Assembly (NCBI GenBank): GCA_033442325.1
Contig: JAWQFM010000019.1
Coordinates: 405,099 to 469,098, forward strand
Length of the DNA: 64,000 nucleotides
Source of the DNA: Salpingoeca rosetta
Lineage: Eukaryota > Protista > Choanoflagellata
Direction of reading: 5' to 3'
The notes beneath the pieces were generated by a model that was not told where the DNA came from, did no database searches, and was given only the letters and a program-made list of their open reading frames with translations. Positions 30,578 through 58,592 of this stretch are shown piece after piece. Each line of letters starts with the position of its first letter. Position 1 is the stretch's first letter. The position numbers and the translations under genes are program-made.

Positions 30578-33500
30578 TTAGATGCACTTGCACACCTGAG
30601 AAAGGGTAATGAGCAACACACACAAGCGTGAGTCAGTCTGCAGGGCGTGAAGGGGAGAGACACAAGCAGTCGGCACATCGAAAAGGAGTAGCACCCATTC
30701 AACAGCACCACACAAGCGCAGCAGGCATCATCCCCACCTTCTTGCAGGCGTCCACAGACCCGTGCCAGAAGCGTTTTCCTTGAGATCTGCAATGCTTCTT
30801 GCACTGTCGTTTGGGCATGACATCATACTGCGTGGCGCAGCCACAGCGGCACACCTGCCACAAGCGGGAGTAGAGAGGCGTGTTGCAAGGGACAAAGGGT
30901 GTGTGAGCGGGCGGGAGGCAGTGCGGAACAGACAGGTGAAAGAGCTAGCATGCCTGCATGCACGCAGGTTGTCAGACGAAGACACAGGCAATCACCTGCC
31001 CTGGCAAGCGAGACTCACCCCGGTGCAGCCCTTGAAGCGAGGGTGATGCGTCCAGTCAAGGCCTATCGCGCCGCAATGCTGCTTGCATGTCCAGCGTGAC
31101 ATGAGGGAAGGCAGGCCACCGCACCCTTGTGAGGACGAGGTGACCACTGTGCTTGTGCTTGTCTCCGGCTGTGTTGACGTCATCTCTTCGGAAGATGAGG
31201 TCGTCGTGGTCGTGGTCGTGGTCGTGGCAATGGTGGCCGTGGTGGTAGTAGTAGTTGTTGTTGTGGTCGTTGTGGTTGTCGTGGTTGTGCCAGTTGTGGT
31301 TGTGGTTGTGGTTGTCGTGGTTGTCGTAGTTGTTGTGGTTGTGGTTGTTGTGGTTGTTGTGGTTGTGGTTGTGGTTGTGGTTGTAGGCGGAGTGGTACTT
31401 GTCGTCGTCGTCGTCGTCGTGGTCGTCGTAGTGGAATCAACCGTCGCACAGTGTCCAACAATTGCTCGGTCCAAGACATAGCCTCCAGCACTTGGCGAGT
31501 AGACCTTCGCCGATCCTGTGACGTCATCCACCAACACGGGCGTGGCACCTTGCTTGCGCACGTACGCGTACACAGAGCCTGAGCATCAACAAGGCAGTCA
31601 CAAGGCCAACGTGAGACACCTGTCGACAGCATCTGGGCTCAATCAAACACGCACAAGCAAACACGCACGCATGCACAGGCACAGAAGCAAACCACATTCA
31701 ATGCCATGTCCTCACACACGTACACACGCACATGCACACCAGTAAATTAAATGACCAACCAACACACCACGCACACATACAGACACTCATACGACACGAG
31801 TGGTTACCTCTGATGACTGGGCCAAAGTACCAGCCAAGACCGTCGGAGTAGGCGAGCATGTCACCGTTGGAGTAGACGGGGTAGTCCTGGAATGTGCTCG
31901 TGCGGGTGTACTCGCCGTTGATACGAGCAGCAAAGCCGGTGGCACCGCTAATGACTGGCGTGTCACACACATCTGGTACATGGTGTATGTAGTTGGTCGT
32001 GATGAGCTCGTCACGTCAATTGCAAACAGACAGGGGTTTGCGATTTCACACTTGACACACGCACACACACACACGCACACGCACACACACACACACACAC
32101 ACACAGCACAGCACAACACAACACAACACAACACAAGCATGCAGCTCACCTGCTGGCAATGAAACGACGACGGTGTAATAGTCAACGCGGGTGAAGCCGG
32201 GCCTGCCTGGAACGGTGAAACCGCGGACAGAGACGGTGTACGTGACGTCGTCAGCTGTGCTCAGCACGTCATCCTGTGGCATCTCCCAGACGAGCGCAGG
32301 GTCAAGCAGCGGCTGGAGCGGCAGCTGCTTGATGGCCAGACGCACCCCATCCCGATGGACAGACACGGTGGTGGAAGAAAAGTCTGCAAAGGGGATGGTG
32401 ATGGACCATCGGCGAGATGTCGGGAGCACCTGCTTGGGGAAGAAGCCTGGGGAAGGCCAGGCAACAAACTCGCGCGTGCTGCTGGCTGGGCCAAGCATGT
32501 GCTTGAAGAAGATGGCGTTGCTTGCCATGTGCGCGCCATTCTCGGGGACATCACCAACAGCAACACCGTGGAGGCGCGGCGAGAGGAACCAGCGGCGGTG
32601 GCCAACGCCGGTGTTGATCGCGCCGTAGTCGTCCATGAACGCATCCACTGCTGCCACGCCACCAATGCCAATGGCGATGTTGGACCACGCTGCTGCCTCA
32701 CCGGCCTCTGGTGAATGGCAGGCAAAGCCCTCGGTGTTGTAGTGGGCGGTGCGGCCTTCTGCGCTGAACATTAGGGCCGCTGCTTGCGGGTACACGCTGA
32801 GGTCCTCGCGCAGACTAAGTGGGAAGAGGCCAGCCTAGGCGGTGTCAGGTGTGAATACATCAGGGGTGAGTGGGTAAGATGGCTTGTTTGGCATGAAAGT
32901 GGCCAGCAAAATGAGCTAGGCAATGAGATGCGGATCAAGGGCGTCACACGCGCAAGCACGAGAGCACCTCCGAACGAACGTGAGGCTCAACACACCAGCT
33001 CGCGGTAAAAGTTGATGCGGTTGACGACGGCCTGTTGGTGCTGGAGTGAGGTGGTGCCGGCCTCACACTCCCGGACGTCGCCAGTCCACCCAAGACCTGG
33101 GACCGGTGTGTCCTTGAACTCCGTCTTGTAGAGCGCAATCACTTCATCGCGGTTGTACGGATCGACCAGGCTTGTTGCTGAACCTGTGAGCATGATGGTG
33201 TACATGTGAGTCGGGACTGTGGCATCATGCCAGGTGGTGATAGCGTTCAGTGTGGGCAAGCCCCCTTGACAGGCAGCAGAGTAAGTAACATGACACACAT
33301 ACACACACGCACATGCACAGACACACACGTACATACACATACACAAACACATACACAAACACAGACACACAAGTACGCTCACACGCACATACATACACAC
33401 ATACACGCACGCACATACACGCACATACACACACACACACATACACATACACACACATACACACATGAACCACCAACGCTTGCTGTTCCGTACGTCTGGC

Positions 33501-33779
33501 AATCTGCTGGACAGCATCGAAACTTGCAATGTCCTGGTCAAGCGACTGAACATCTACTGCGGGGCTTGGCAGCAACACTGTTACAGGCGAGTTAAAAGCG
33601 CAATCAGCATGAGCGTGTCGGAGCGCCTGGGGGCTCACGAGAGAGAACAAGCGCACACCGACCGCGGCAGAGTGAACGTGTGAACAAAGGGTTGGCCCAC
33701 CTTGTGCATTCGCTACCGCCACTGAGCCACACAGGACGAGCAGTGTCAGCAGCAGCTCGGTGGCTGCTGTCATCGTCAT
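30578..33779 (-). CDS. Secreted protein: signal peptide, bacterial-type CAP/SCP domain with C-terminal extension, small Cys-bracketed module, poly-Thr stalk, two 6-Cys defensin-like repeats; ~8 exons
   Basis: MTMTAATELLLTLLVLCGSVAVANAQ; WTGDVRECEAGTTS..VVNRINFYREL|AGLFPLSLREDLSVYPQAAALMFSA..TAHY..SNIAIG..FMDDYGAINTGVGHRRWFLSP..FVAWPSPGFFP..RWS..ADFS. Last exons are 31579-31019, 30854-30738 and 30595-30578 (VCKCI*). Confidence 0.8.
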
Positions 33780-34228
33780 CGCTTTTGTTCAAGGAGCGAG
33801 AAGGGGAAGCAGCAGCAACGGCAGAAAGCAGACGGTGAAGGGAAAATGAAGCCAATCGCGTTGAGGGCGGCACCAACAACAACACCCCACCAACAGCAGC
33901 AGCAAAATCAGCAACAACAAGAGTGCAGGTTGTTTTTTGGATGGGGAGACAGCAGCGATGAAAATCAGTGAACAGCGCGAGGAATAAGGTGTGGGAAGCA
34001 AGCCAGGCGAAGGCGGCTTTGTTTTTGTTTGTGTTGTTGTTGTTCTGCTGTTCTCGAAACAAAATTTGACACGAACCAGCGTGAAGTCCGCCGCGCCGCG
34101 CGTGCACCCTTGCTTGCTGTTGTTGCTGTTGTATGTTGTTGTTGTTGTTGCTCCCGAGTGGGTGCAGTTGTGTGGGTTCTGCTCCTTTAAGCTTGCGTAC
34201 GTTTTTTTTTTTCTGTTTGGACTTCTAA

Positions 34229-34300
34229 TTCCCGCGCTTTCGCCTTGATGACGTCACCACGCGCTCGTGCAGAGCGAAAGTTGTTTCCAAATTGGCCAAT
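34229..34300. promoter_or_regulatory. Candidate cis-element cluster in the divergent CAP-gene/MRG15 promoter (E2F-like, CRE, palindromic CCAAT)
   Basis: TTCCCGCGC 34229-34237, TGACGTCA 34249-34256, ATTGGCCAAT 34291-34300. Confidence 0.4.
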
Positions 34301-34658
34301 AAGCTCGTGCCAACCGCACCACAAGCAAGCAAGGATATATTATTTTTGCTGTTGGCGCCTCCCACTACAGAACATCGTGTCGGGTACACAAGAGCGGACT
34401 GCGTGACTGGCTGGTTGTGAGACATGATGTGTGGGCGCGCGTGGAACGCTTGATGGAGTGTGTGTGGATGACAGGTGGCATGGCATGATCAAAGCCCCCT
34501 CTACTCACCATGGCAAGAGTGGGATGAGTGAACCGTGTGTGACATACACTTCACGTCACAGCACTGCTTGACTCGCTTTCAATTTTCCTCCTCACACAGA
34601 CACGTCACAGGCGTTTGGCGGGAAGCTTGAAGCAAAGTCAGTGAAGCAACCGAGCGCC

Positions 34659-36139
34659 ATGAGCTTTGCTTACGAGATCAACGACAAAGTGTTTGCCGAG
34701 TATGGCGGACACCTCTACGAAGCCAAGGTATGTTGTGCGGTGTGGAAGGGGGAGGGGAAAGGAAAAGGGTGGCTCAGAGCGTGCGCGCGTGTGCGTGTGC
34801 GTGTGCGTGTGCGTGTGCGTGTGCGTGTGCGCGTGCGTGTGCGTGTGCGCGTGCGTGTGCGTGTGTGTGTGCGCGTGCGTGTGCGTGTGTGCGTGCGTGT
34901 GCTTGTGTGCTTGTGTGCGCACGCATGCTGTGTGTGTGTGCTTTTGTTTGTGTGTGCGTGCGCGCGTGTGTGTGATGACGGCTCATGGCCACGCTCACTC
35001 CCTCAACCTCACTCGCGATGTCTCCCCTGTTCCTTTCATCAGTGCGTGAAGCGCAGGATGAAGGACGGCATCCCACAGTATTACCTCAAGTACTTTGGAT
35101 TTGGCAAGCGGTGAGCCCATGTGACACGATGCTCATTGTTGAATGGAGTTGCGGCTTTCGTTCTTGCTTGATCCAGTTATACTCTTCACCGCTTACACGA
35201 GGCGCATGCACACACGCGCGCATGCACGAATGGTGCCCAAGCAGCAACAACCGGTGGCAGCCGGAGAAGGATCTGTATCCTTACAATGAGGAGAACAGAG
35301 AGGTGATGCTTGACAGAAGGTGAGCGACCGCCCCAAACAAGACGTCATTGTTTGTGTCGTGTGTGTGTGCAGGTGTGGGTGCGCGTGTGCTCGGGTGCGT
35401 GTGTGCGTGTATGCGTGTGTGTGTGTGTGTAGGTGTATGCGTCCAGGGTTCAGCTTTACCCTCTATGCAAGGATCGTGCTTGAAGAGCGCGTGTGCACTG
35501 TCGCTGTCACGTACACACGCACCCGAGCACACGCATGCTCACCTCCTTTCATGTTGATTGTCACAGAGAGGCTGCACGTCGACTTGAAGAGGAGCAGAAA
35601 CAGGCAAAGGCGCGAAAGCGTGCATCGACCTCAAGCGCAAGCCCATCCGGCGGTGCACAACGTTCGTACTCATGACTGCTGCTTGGTAGTTAGTCGGTGG
35701 GCTGGAAGTGTGAAGCAGCGTGGTTNNNNNNNNNNNNNNNNNNNNNNNNNNNNNNNNNNNNNNNNNNNNNNNNNNNNNNNNNNNNNNNNNNNNNNNNNNN
35801 NNNNNNNNNNNNNNNNNNNNNNNNNAATCGTCGTTGGGCGTGCGCGGTGGTGCATCGACTGCCAAGAGTACCGCAGGCTCACTCACCATCTCAAACGTCA
35901 TTAAATCGTGCGTGGACACGTTTGTATATGCTTCTGAGGCGGTGCTGTGTGTCCGTGTGTGTTGAAGAACGATGCTTCTTCCATGCAATGCGTGCCTTTG
36001 TTTCCACCATACTCACGCGTGCGTGTGCGCATATTTACATGTGTGATGTGCACAGGTCGCTGTCCGTGCCCCCGTCCTTGTCCCGTAATCTCGTCCTTCA
36101 ACACCTTCGACACGCAGATCGCATGGTGTGTGTGCGTGC

Positions 36140-36234
<95 letters not shown>

Positions 36235-36954
36235 CTCCTCCCTGTGTGTGTGTGTGTACGCGCACGCGCCAAATTTCAATTTCCTTTCATGATCATGGTT
36301 GCTTCTTCTGCGTTGTCGCGTGCTCACGTGAGGGTATTCCTGCGTGTTCGCATGTGTACATGTGTGCGCGTGTGCGTGTGCAGCTGATTCCGCTTCCTCG
36401 CCGCCCGTCTGTTCACGAGATCCTCTCGCGGTTTCGCCATCACGACATCGACGCAAAGGATGACACCAGGTACCCCTTGCAATTGCCCTGCATGTGGCTT
36501 GTGTCTTGTCTTTCCTACCTACGTTTGTGTATGTGTGATGTGTGTGTGTGATGTGTATGTGTATGTGTGCCTGTGTGTGTCCCGCCTGTCTGTCTCCCGT
36601 CTCTTGCGTGCGCGTTTGTGTGTGATGGCATTTTGCAGCATGGACACTTATTCTCACACACGTACGCACTCATACACGCACTCATACACGCACGCACTGC
36701 TACGGTTGAACGCACCCACCACCACCATCACCACCACATTTGTTTGTCACAACCCCTTCTTTCCCCTTCTCCTGCGTTGCGTGCGGTGCATTGGGTCGAC
36801 AGGCGGCAACAGGAGGAAGAGTTTTGCGCGAACATGGAGGTTGTTTTCTCCACTGCTCTCGGCCAGCGCCTCCTATGGTCAATCGAGCGCGCACAGGTGC
36901 TGCTGCTGATGCTGCCTCCTCTTGATGTTGGACATGCGTGTGTGTGTGTGTGTG

Positions 36955-37021
<67 letters not shown>

Positions 37022-37713
37022 TTGTGGATGCGTGTGTATCGCGGTGGATATGTGCGCAACGTGTCTCACATCCCGAATGCTCTCCGTTTGTTCGTGCGTG
37101 CCCGTACGTCTGTGTGTATATACGTGCGCGCGCGTGTACTTATGTGTATGCGTGTGTGCAGTACATGCACTGGCTGAAGAAGCGGGATGCACTGCCGGTC
37201 GACGACCAGGTCACCTTCTTCGCCCGCATCTACGGCGCAGAGCACTTCCTTCGCCTCATCGGTACAGTGCCGTTGGTGGTTGTTGCTTGGTGGTGATGGA
37301 GAATACTTGGTTGAGAATGCATTTTTCTGCTCATGGTGTGCCACGCACTGTCGCTGCTACGTGCTCACCACGCCTTGCCCACACATCACCCACCATCACC
37401 ACCATTATTATCATTATCACCTCCTGCTCCTGCTCCTCCTCCTCCTCCTCCTGCCCCTGCCCTTGACTTCTGCAGTGTTGATGCCTGAGCTCCTGCGCGT
37501 GTGCGTTCCGGCAAACATGCCCATCTTCCAGCGCGAGCACGTGAGCACACGGCCTCATTGTGGCGCCGCTGTTTGCTGCTGCTGTTTGCTGCCGCTGTTT
37601 GCTGCTGCTGTTCGCTGTCATTGATGATCGTTTCCGTGCCACTCCTGTCCTCATCATCTCTATGAGCTGCTACGTTACGCACACATAACACACCCACAAT
37701 CACACACACGCAT

Positions 37714-37760
<47 letters not shown>

Positions 37761-37931
37761 GCGCACACATGACACACACACACACACACACACACAATAC
37801 ATGCGACACAGGCTGTGTTTCTGCGGGAGCTGATTGAGTTTATGAACGGGCACCAGGACGAGCTGTTCACGCCCACGTACCAGCCCTCCCCGCCAGAATA
37901 CCTTCGCCTCTCCCACTTTGCAGGCCTGTGA
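34659..37931 (+). CDS. MRG15: MRG15/Eaf3 (chromo-barrel plus MRG domain); the middle is interrupted by a gap
   Basis: MSFAYEINDKVFAEYGGHLYEAK|CVK..YYLKYFGFGKR; LIPLPRRPSVHEIL; FSTALGQRLLWSIERAQ|Y; IYGAEHFLRLI|VLMPELL; LRELIEFM..YQPSPPEYLR. Confidence 0.9.
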
Positions 37932-38133
37932 TAAGAAAGGAGGGTGTGTGTGTGTGTGGCGTGTGTGTGTGTATGTGAGGCTGTGGGTAAGTGACGAGAA
38001 AGTGGGAGAGAGAGAGACGCACGCACGTTCCACGCACGTTCCACGCATTGGCGCTGCGCCCTTTCATGCATGACAGACAGACTGCCAACGAGCAATCTGC
38101 AATAAATGAACGCCTTGTGTCCAAGTGCACTGC

Positions 38134-38164
<31 letters not shown>

Positions 38165-38170
38165 AAACAC

Positions 38171-38209
<39 letters not shown>

Positions 38210-38390
38210 CAAAAGCAACGCGGAGGACAACTCATCAAAACACCAGTCAGGCATTGTTTTGTTGTTGTTTTGGTTGTGGGGGCGTGTTGTGTGCTTGTTC
38301 CTTCCAACCGCTGCTGCTGTGCTTGGTGTTGTGTGGTGGCGTGAGCCGCAATCAAGCAAGTGCAACCAACCAGCAACAGGCACTGCTGCA

Positions 38391-41452
<3,062 letters not shown>

Positions 41453-41545
41453 CACCCCCGCTTGTGTCGATGCAGATGCAGAGGGAATTAGCGTGGAGAA
41501 GGGACTGTCGTGTGTGTGTGTGTGTGTGTGTGGGTTTACGTTTGC

Positions 41546-41638
<93 letters not shown>

Positions 41639-42334
41639 TGTGGTGCAAAGTTCCGGGACGGTTTAGTACGTGGGTTTACGTTTGCGTGCGTGTGTATGTG
41701 TGTAAAGTGATGTGGCATGCTTGCATGCACGACATGCTCGCGCTCAGTTCATTGGTTTATTTCTTCGTCGTTTCCATCCATGCCCGCTTGTGTTACATTG
41801 CCATGTGCTTGTTGCTTTGTCTGATGTGTAGCGGTGCTGATCATGTTGTGTGCCGCCTTTGTTTGCTTGTGCGCAATGCCATGGCAGCGCTTGCTTCATC
41901 TCTTGTTCATCATTTTTGTTTTCTTTTTGTTGGTTTTTCATGCATTGTAATTGGACGCTCATACAACGACAGCTGTGAACACACACACACACACACGCAC
42001 ACGCACGCACGCACGCACACACACACACACACACACACACGAATGCACTTTGTCAACTTACGCGCCTGCAAAACACGACCAGCTTTCTTCATACAACAAA
42101 GGAGACAACGAAACGCGCTGACTCAACAGGACAGCTCACACGCGTACAGACAAGACACACAGACACACACGTGCAGATAACAGCAGCGGTGCGCTTATGA
42201 CAACATGGGATGGGGAGGGGGGAAGTGCAATGAGGAGGAAAGGAAACACAAAACAAGCAACCGAACCGAACGAGAGTACACTTTGTTGTTGTTGTTGTTG
42301 TTGTTGTTGTCGGTGTGCATCTGTTGGGCGGGCC

Positions 42335-45300
42335 TCAGAGGAACATTTTCCTGTGGATGATGGACGGGCCGACCTCGCTGTATTCCGCCTTGGACACCCA
42401 GATGCGCCGGAACGTGTCAAGCGACGCAAGGATGGACCCGCTGGCACCACCAATGGTGATGGCAATGATGATGATGGCAAAGGTGATGGTGACGAGCGGG
42501 AGTGGGAGAGGAGATGGATGAGTGGATGATGACGGACAGTCAAACCAAACAGCATCCGTAGGTTCACACACACCAACACACACCCACACCCATACCCACA
42601 CCCACACCCATACCCACACCCACACCCACACACACCCACACACCCACACACCCACACACACACACACACACCCACTACCCCCCCACCCCACACACACACA
42701 ACCCCCGCCCCCGCCCCCGGCATCGCCTGTTGTGGTTGTACCCGAGCCAGGTGGAGAATTGGCGCTCGGGCGGAGCCATGATCTTGATCTTGATGTCCTT
42801 CGGCGCATCAGCACGCACCTCCTTAAGCAGCCGCTGCCCAAAGCCCTGCAAAGGTCGTGTGTGAAAATTTTGTACACAAGTGCACGTTGCGTTAGTTTTT
42901 GGGCGAGGACCAAGAGCAATGCGAAGGCCACAGTGTCTGCATCAACAAGTGTGTGTGCGCACCTCGAAGCGGGTTGAGCCGCCAGAAAGGACGATGCCCT
43001 GATAAAGGGCGCGGCGCAGGTCCAGATCAGACTTCTGGATCGAATACGTCAGCACCTTGTGAACACCTGACGTAAGCAGCGGAGAGAGGGAGCGAAGAGA
43101 CACGAAGGGGGAGGGGAAACCGTTGGTGTGGTGGTGGAGGTGCCGGCGGCGGAAACATGAGGTGGGCAGTGGTGCACGTGTGTAACGGGCATTGCCCGTA
43201 ATTGAACGGATCGAATCAAGCAAGCCAGTGCGTACATCACATGAAAACACAAACTCCCAACCCTAACCACATCCACATCCGCATCCACACCACCATGTAT
43301 CGCCATCAGTACGCCGCCAACAACGCCAGTGACTGAACGCACCTTCGCACTCCTCGCCAATAATCTCCGGGTTGAAGAGCACCTCGGGCGCCCTGTAGCG
43401 CGCGCCCTCAATCTACACACACACGCACACACAGACACACAGACACAGACACACGCACGCATGTGTAGGCGATAGTGTGAGACACAAATAGTCCCAGAAG
43501 CATGACCTTCCACTGCGGTAGCACAGCCACATTCATGTGCTCAGGCCTCTTCGCTCGCAAAAGCACAGGCGACAACACCCTGTTCTATGCTCTCTCTGCC
43601 CTTCCCCACACCACAACACCGCTCCCCTTTGTCACACCATGATCTCGCGGCCATCAGGGAGGCGATAGCGGGTGGGGGCGCGGTCTGTGCGTGCGTCCTC
43701 CTTCTCAGCGTTGTCCGACACGAAGCACGCCTTCTCCTTGATGGTGCGCACCACCTCAAACTCGGCCGACGTCTTGAAAATGTGGCCCTCCCGCCGCAGC
43801 AGCAGCTGAAGGTGCCGCGTCACGTCCCTGCACACACAGAGAGAGGCATTGAGGGGAGAGGCGAATGGGAGATGATAAGCGGGGTTGCAAACGACAACGT
43901 TGGTGCTTGATGGAACCGTGAACAAACAAGCACCGGGAGAGCGCACGTACCAGAAAAGGCATACATTCCCCACCACCCAGCCACCATGATCACCACGACC
44001 ACAACAACAGCAACGCAAGCAAGTGCAGCGGTACCGGACCTTCCTGCGACGTCGATGCGGCGAATTGCATTCTTGACAGCAAATCCTTCGTAGACGGGCA
44101 CGGCGTGCGTGACGCCATCACCACAGTCAAGCACCACACCCGTCGTGTTGCCGCTCGCGTACCTGATGTGCACATGGACGAATGGCGGGGGAGAGGGGCG
44201 GCGAAGGGTTGGAGAGCGTCAGTAGTGAGAGAGACAGGTCGTGTGTGTATTGGTTGAGGTGGTGAACGCATACACACGCACATGCACACACACACACACA
44301 TTTGAGGCTGCGCAGTCACGCAGTTGCATTGGCAGTTGCGAATCAATCCAGCAGCAAGCAACAAACAAACAACGAGGCAAACAAGGCGTGAGGCGAGCAA
44401 GGCGAGCAAGGCGAGCAAGGCGTACAGGCTGAGGACGGCCTGCATGGAGATGAAGAGCGCGGGAACGCCGAGCGCCTCAAAGAACGTCTGCAGCAGCACC
44501 CAGTTGTAGATCAACCGTCAGCGGCAGTGTTATTGGCTTTGGCGAGGCTAACCCTGCCTTGCCGACATTCACATCCACACACATGAACATGCACGCACGC
44601 ACGCACACACACACACACGACAACCACAAACCAAGGGAATCAAGCAAGCAAACAGTGGCAGCAACATCAGCCATAGCGACCACGGGGGTTTGACAAACCT
44701 CTGCTGCCCATTCGCGATTTCTGCGGGGATTCAGAGGCGCCTCTGTCAACAGCACAGGATGCTCTGTACAAGGGGAAGGGGAAGAAGAGAGGATTGCAGT
44801 GCGCGTGTCATGTCATTGTGTTTGTGATGTGCGATGAGTGATGAAGCGTACTTGGACCAGCAGCTGTGTTGAAAATACATCCACAGGCCATGCCATTCGA
44901 CTGATGCATTCGTCCTTTAAACACGTTCGCACAGATGCCCAGACGCACACAAACACCCCCCCCACACACACACACCTTCTGGCTGCACGTTGAGCAGCTT
45001 CTGATAGACGTGGTTCCAGATCTTCTTCATGTCGGCCTCGTCGTTCACAATACCGTGCTCCATGGGATAGTTGAGCTTCAGCAACCCGCGGTGCTCCTGC
45101 GTTGGCGTGTGCATGTGTACATGTGTGTGTGTGCATGTGTACATGTGTGTGTGCATGACGCAGGGTCAAGCAAACAAGCACCAAGTGTCAGGACAGCAAG
45201 TAAGAGCAAAGTGGATTGGAAAGCGAAAGAACGGAACTACCCCTGAGAACCATGCATGAAGACCGTGAATGCAGGACACGCAGCTGACACACGCGTTCAA

Positions 45301-45507
45301 ACACACATGCTGACACCAAACATATACCCGCGCGCTCAACTCCTCCCACCTTGGCCTTCTGTCCAATAAACTCTTCTTCGAGGGTGCCCGCCATCACGCG
45401 CTCATGCTTCACTCGCCCGACACTGTCGAGTGGGTCACCAAGGCCTGTGAGTGCGACAAACAGGGGCAAGCGCAGGGCAGGCACAACACAGACAGACAGA
45501 CAGACAA

Positions 45508-45582
<75 letters not shown>

Positions 45583-45620
45583 CGCACACACACACACACA
45601 CAGACGCACACACACAGACG

Positions 45621-45658
<38 letters not shown>

Positions 45659-45993
45659 CACACACGCACACACACACACACAGCAGACTCACTATGCGGG
45701 GATTGTCTTGGGGAGCTGGTCGGCGGCAAAGCCAGCCTTGATGATGCCCGACCCCTGCGAAGGGACGACCAAGAAAGAAAACAAACAGCCAAGCGTGTGA
45801 GCCAGTCAAACGGTTGCATAGCTCCCTCCCCGACCTCCTCCAACTCAGCGCGCACAAAACCTATGTCGCCATGTCTCGCGCCACCACTGGCAGAAGCAAC
45901 AACGAAGGCCTTTGCTTGCTCTGCTAGGCACGTCGTACGCACATTGTCAATGACAACTGGTGGGTTCTGCAAAACCTCTGTGTAGTCTGCCAT
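42335..45993 (-). CDS. ACTR1: Actin-related protein 1 (centractin, dynactin subunit), ~12 exons
   Basis: PVVIDN|[16 protein letters not shown]; [15 protein letters not shown]; [17 protein letters not shown]; [15 protein letters not shown]; [17 protein letters not shown]; [19 protein letters not shown]; [37 protein letters not shown]. Confidence 0.95.
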
Positions 45994-46388
45994 CCTTCAG
46001 CGCTGTTGAAGTGCCCTGGTGTGGGTTGTTATTTATGGTCAGGCCTTTGCTGCTTCTCAACCTTGCTGAGTTGCTTGCTTGCTTGCTTCCTCTTCTGGCT
46101 GTGTCTGTGTTGAGCTGGGTGTCACTGCCGCACACCTTCGTGCCTGTGCTGTTGCTGTCGTTGTTTGCCTTCCTTCTTTTCTTCTTCTTGCTCGATCTCT
46201 GCTCGCACTGGCAAAACCAAACACTGCAGAAATTATTTTTTTCCCCACATCGACACCGCTTTCGCCTGGGCCCGTACCACGCAACGGAGGTTCTGACATA
46301 CACTTTATCGTGTCGTTGCGGTGCTTGCAAGCAATTTTTAATGTTGTGGGTGCGGTTCAAGGCTTTGTTTGTGTGGGCGTCAGCGACG

Positions 46389-50564
<4,176 letters not shown>

Positions 50565-51113
50565 CGGGGAGCCATGAAGAGGGAAATGCCTCGTCTGATG
50601 TATGAAGATATTGGTTGATGTGACCACTGAGGAAGCTGGTGACACTGTGACATCTTATCCGCGTTGCGTGCAAGCATCTGCCTCATCCGTTCTCTCCAAA
50701 TCCTCTCTCTTCGAACTTTTTGTCACGTTAATCCATCTTTGCTTGCTCATGTTCCCTTGGGCGTTGCTCGCTTTTATGTTGCAGTTGCTGTTTTTCCTAA
50801 TTGCTGTGAATAGGAATGGATGACACTGTATGTCCCATATCATCTCAGCAAAAACACACACACANNNNNNNNNNNNNNNNNNNNNNNNNNNNNNNNNNNN
50901 NNNNNNNNNNNNNNNNNNNNNNNNNNNNNNNNNNNNNNNNNNNNNNNNNNNNNNNNNNNNNNNNACACACACACACACACACACACCAACACAGGAAAGC
51001 ACAAACACCTAAACAAACCCAAGGGGGTCTCCGGAGATGTGATCGTTGGGTGTATTCGTTTCAACAACAACACATGTCGCACACAAGCGCCTACAACGTT
51101 TTCAAACACTCAT

Positions 51114-58555
<7,442 letters not shown>

Positions 58556-58592
58556 GCTTTCCGCTTGCTTCCTGTGTTGTGCACGAGGGAGG

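Noticed and set aside
43257-43270. CCCTAA telomere-like hexamer
   Set aside because: Single intronic copy, expected by chance
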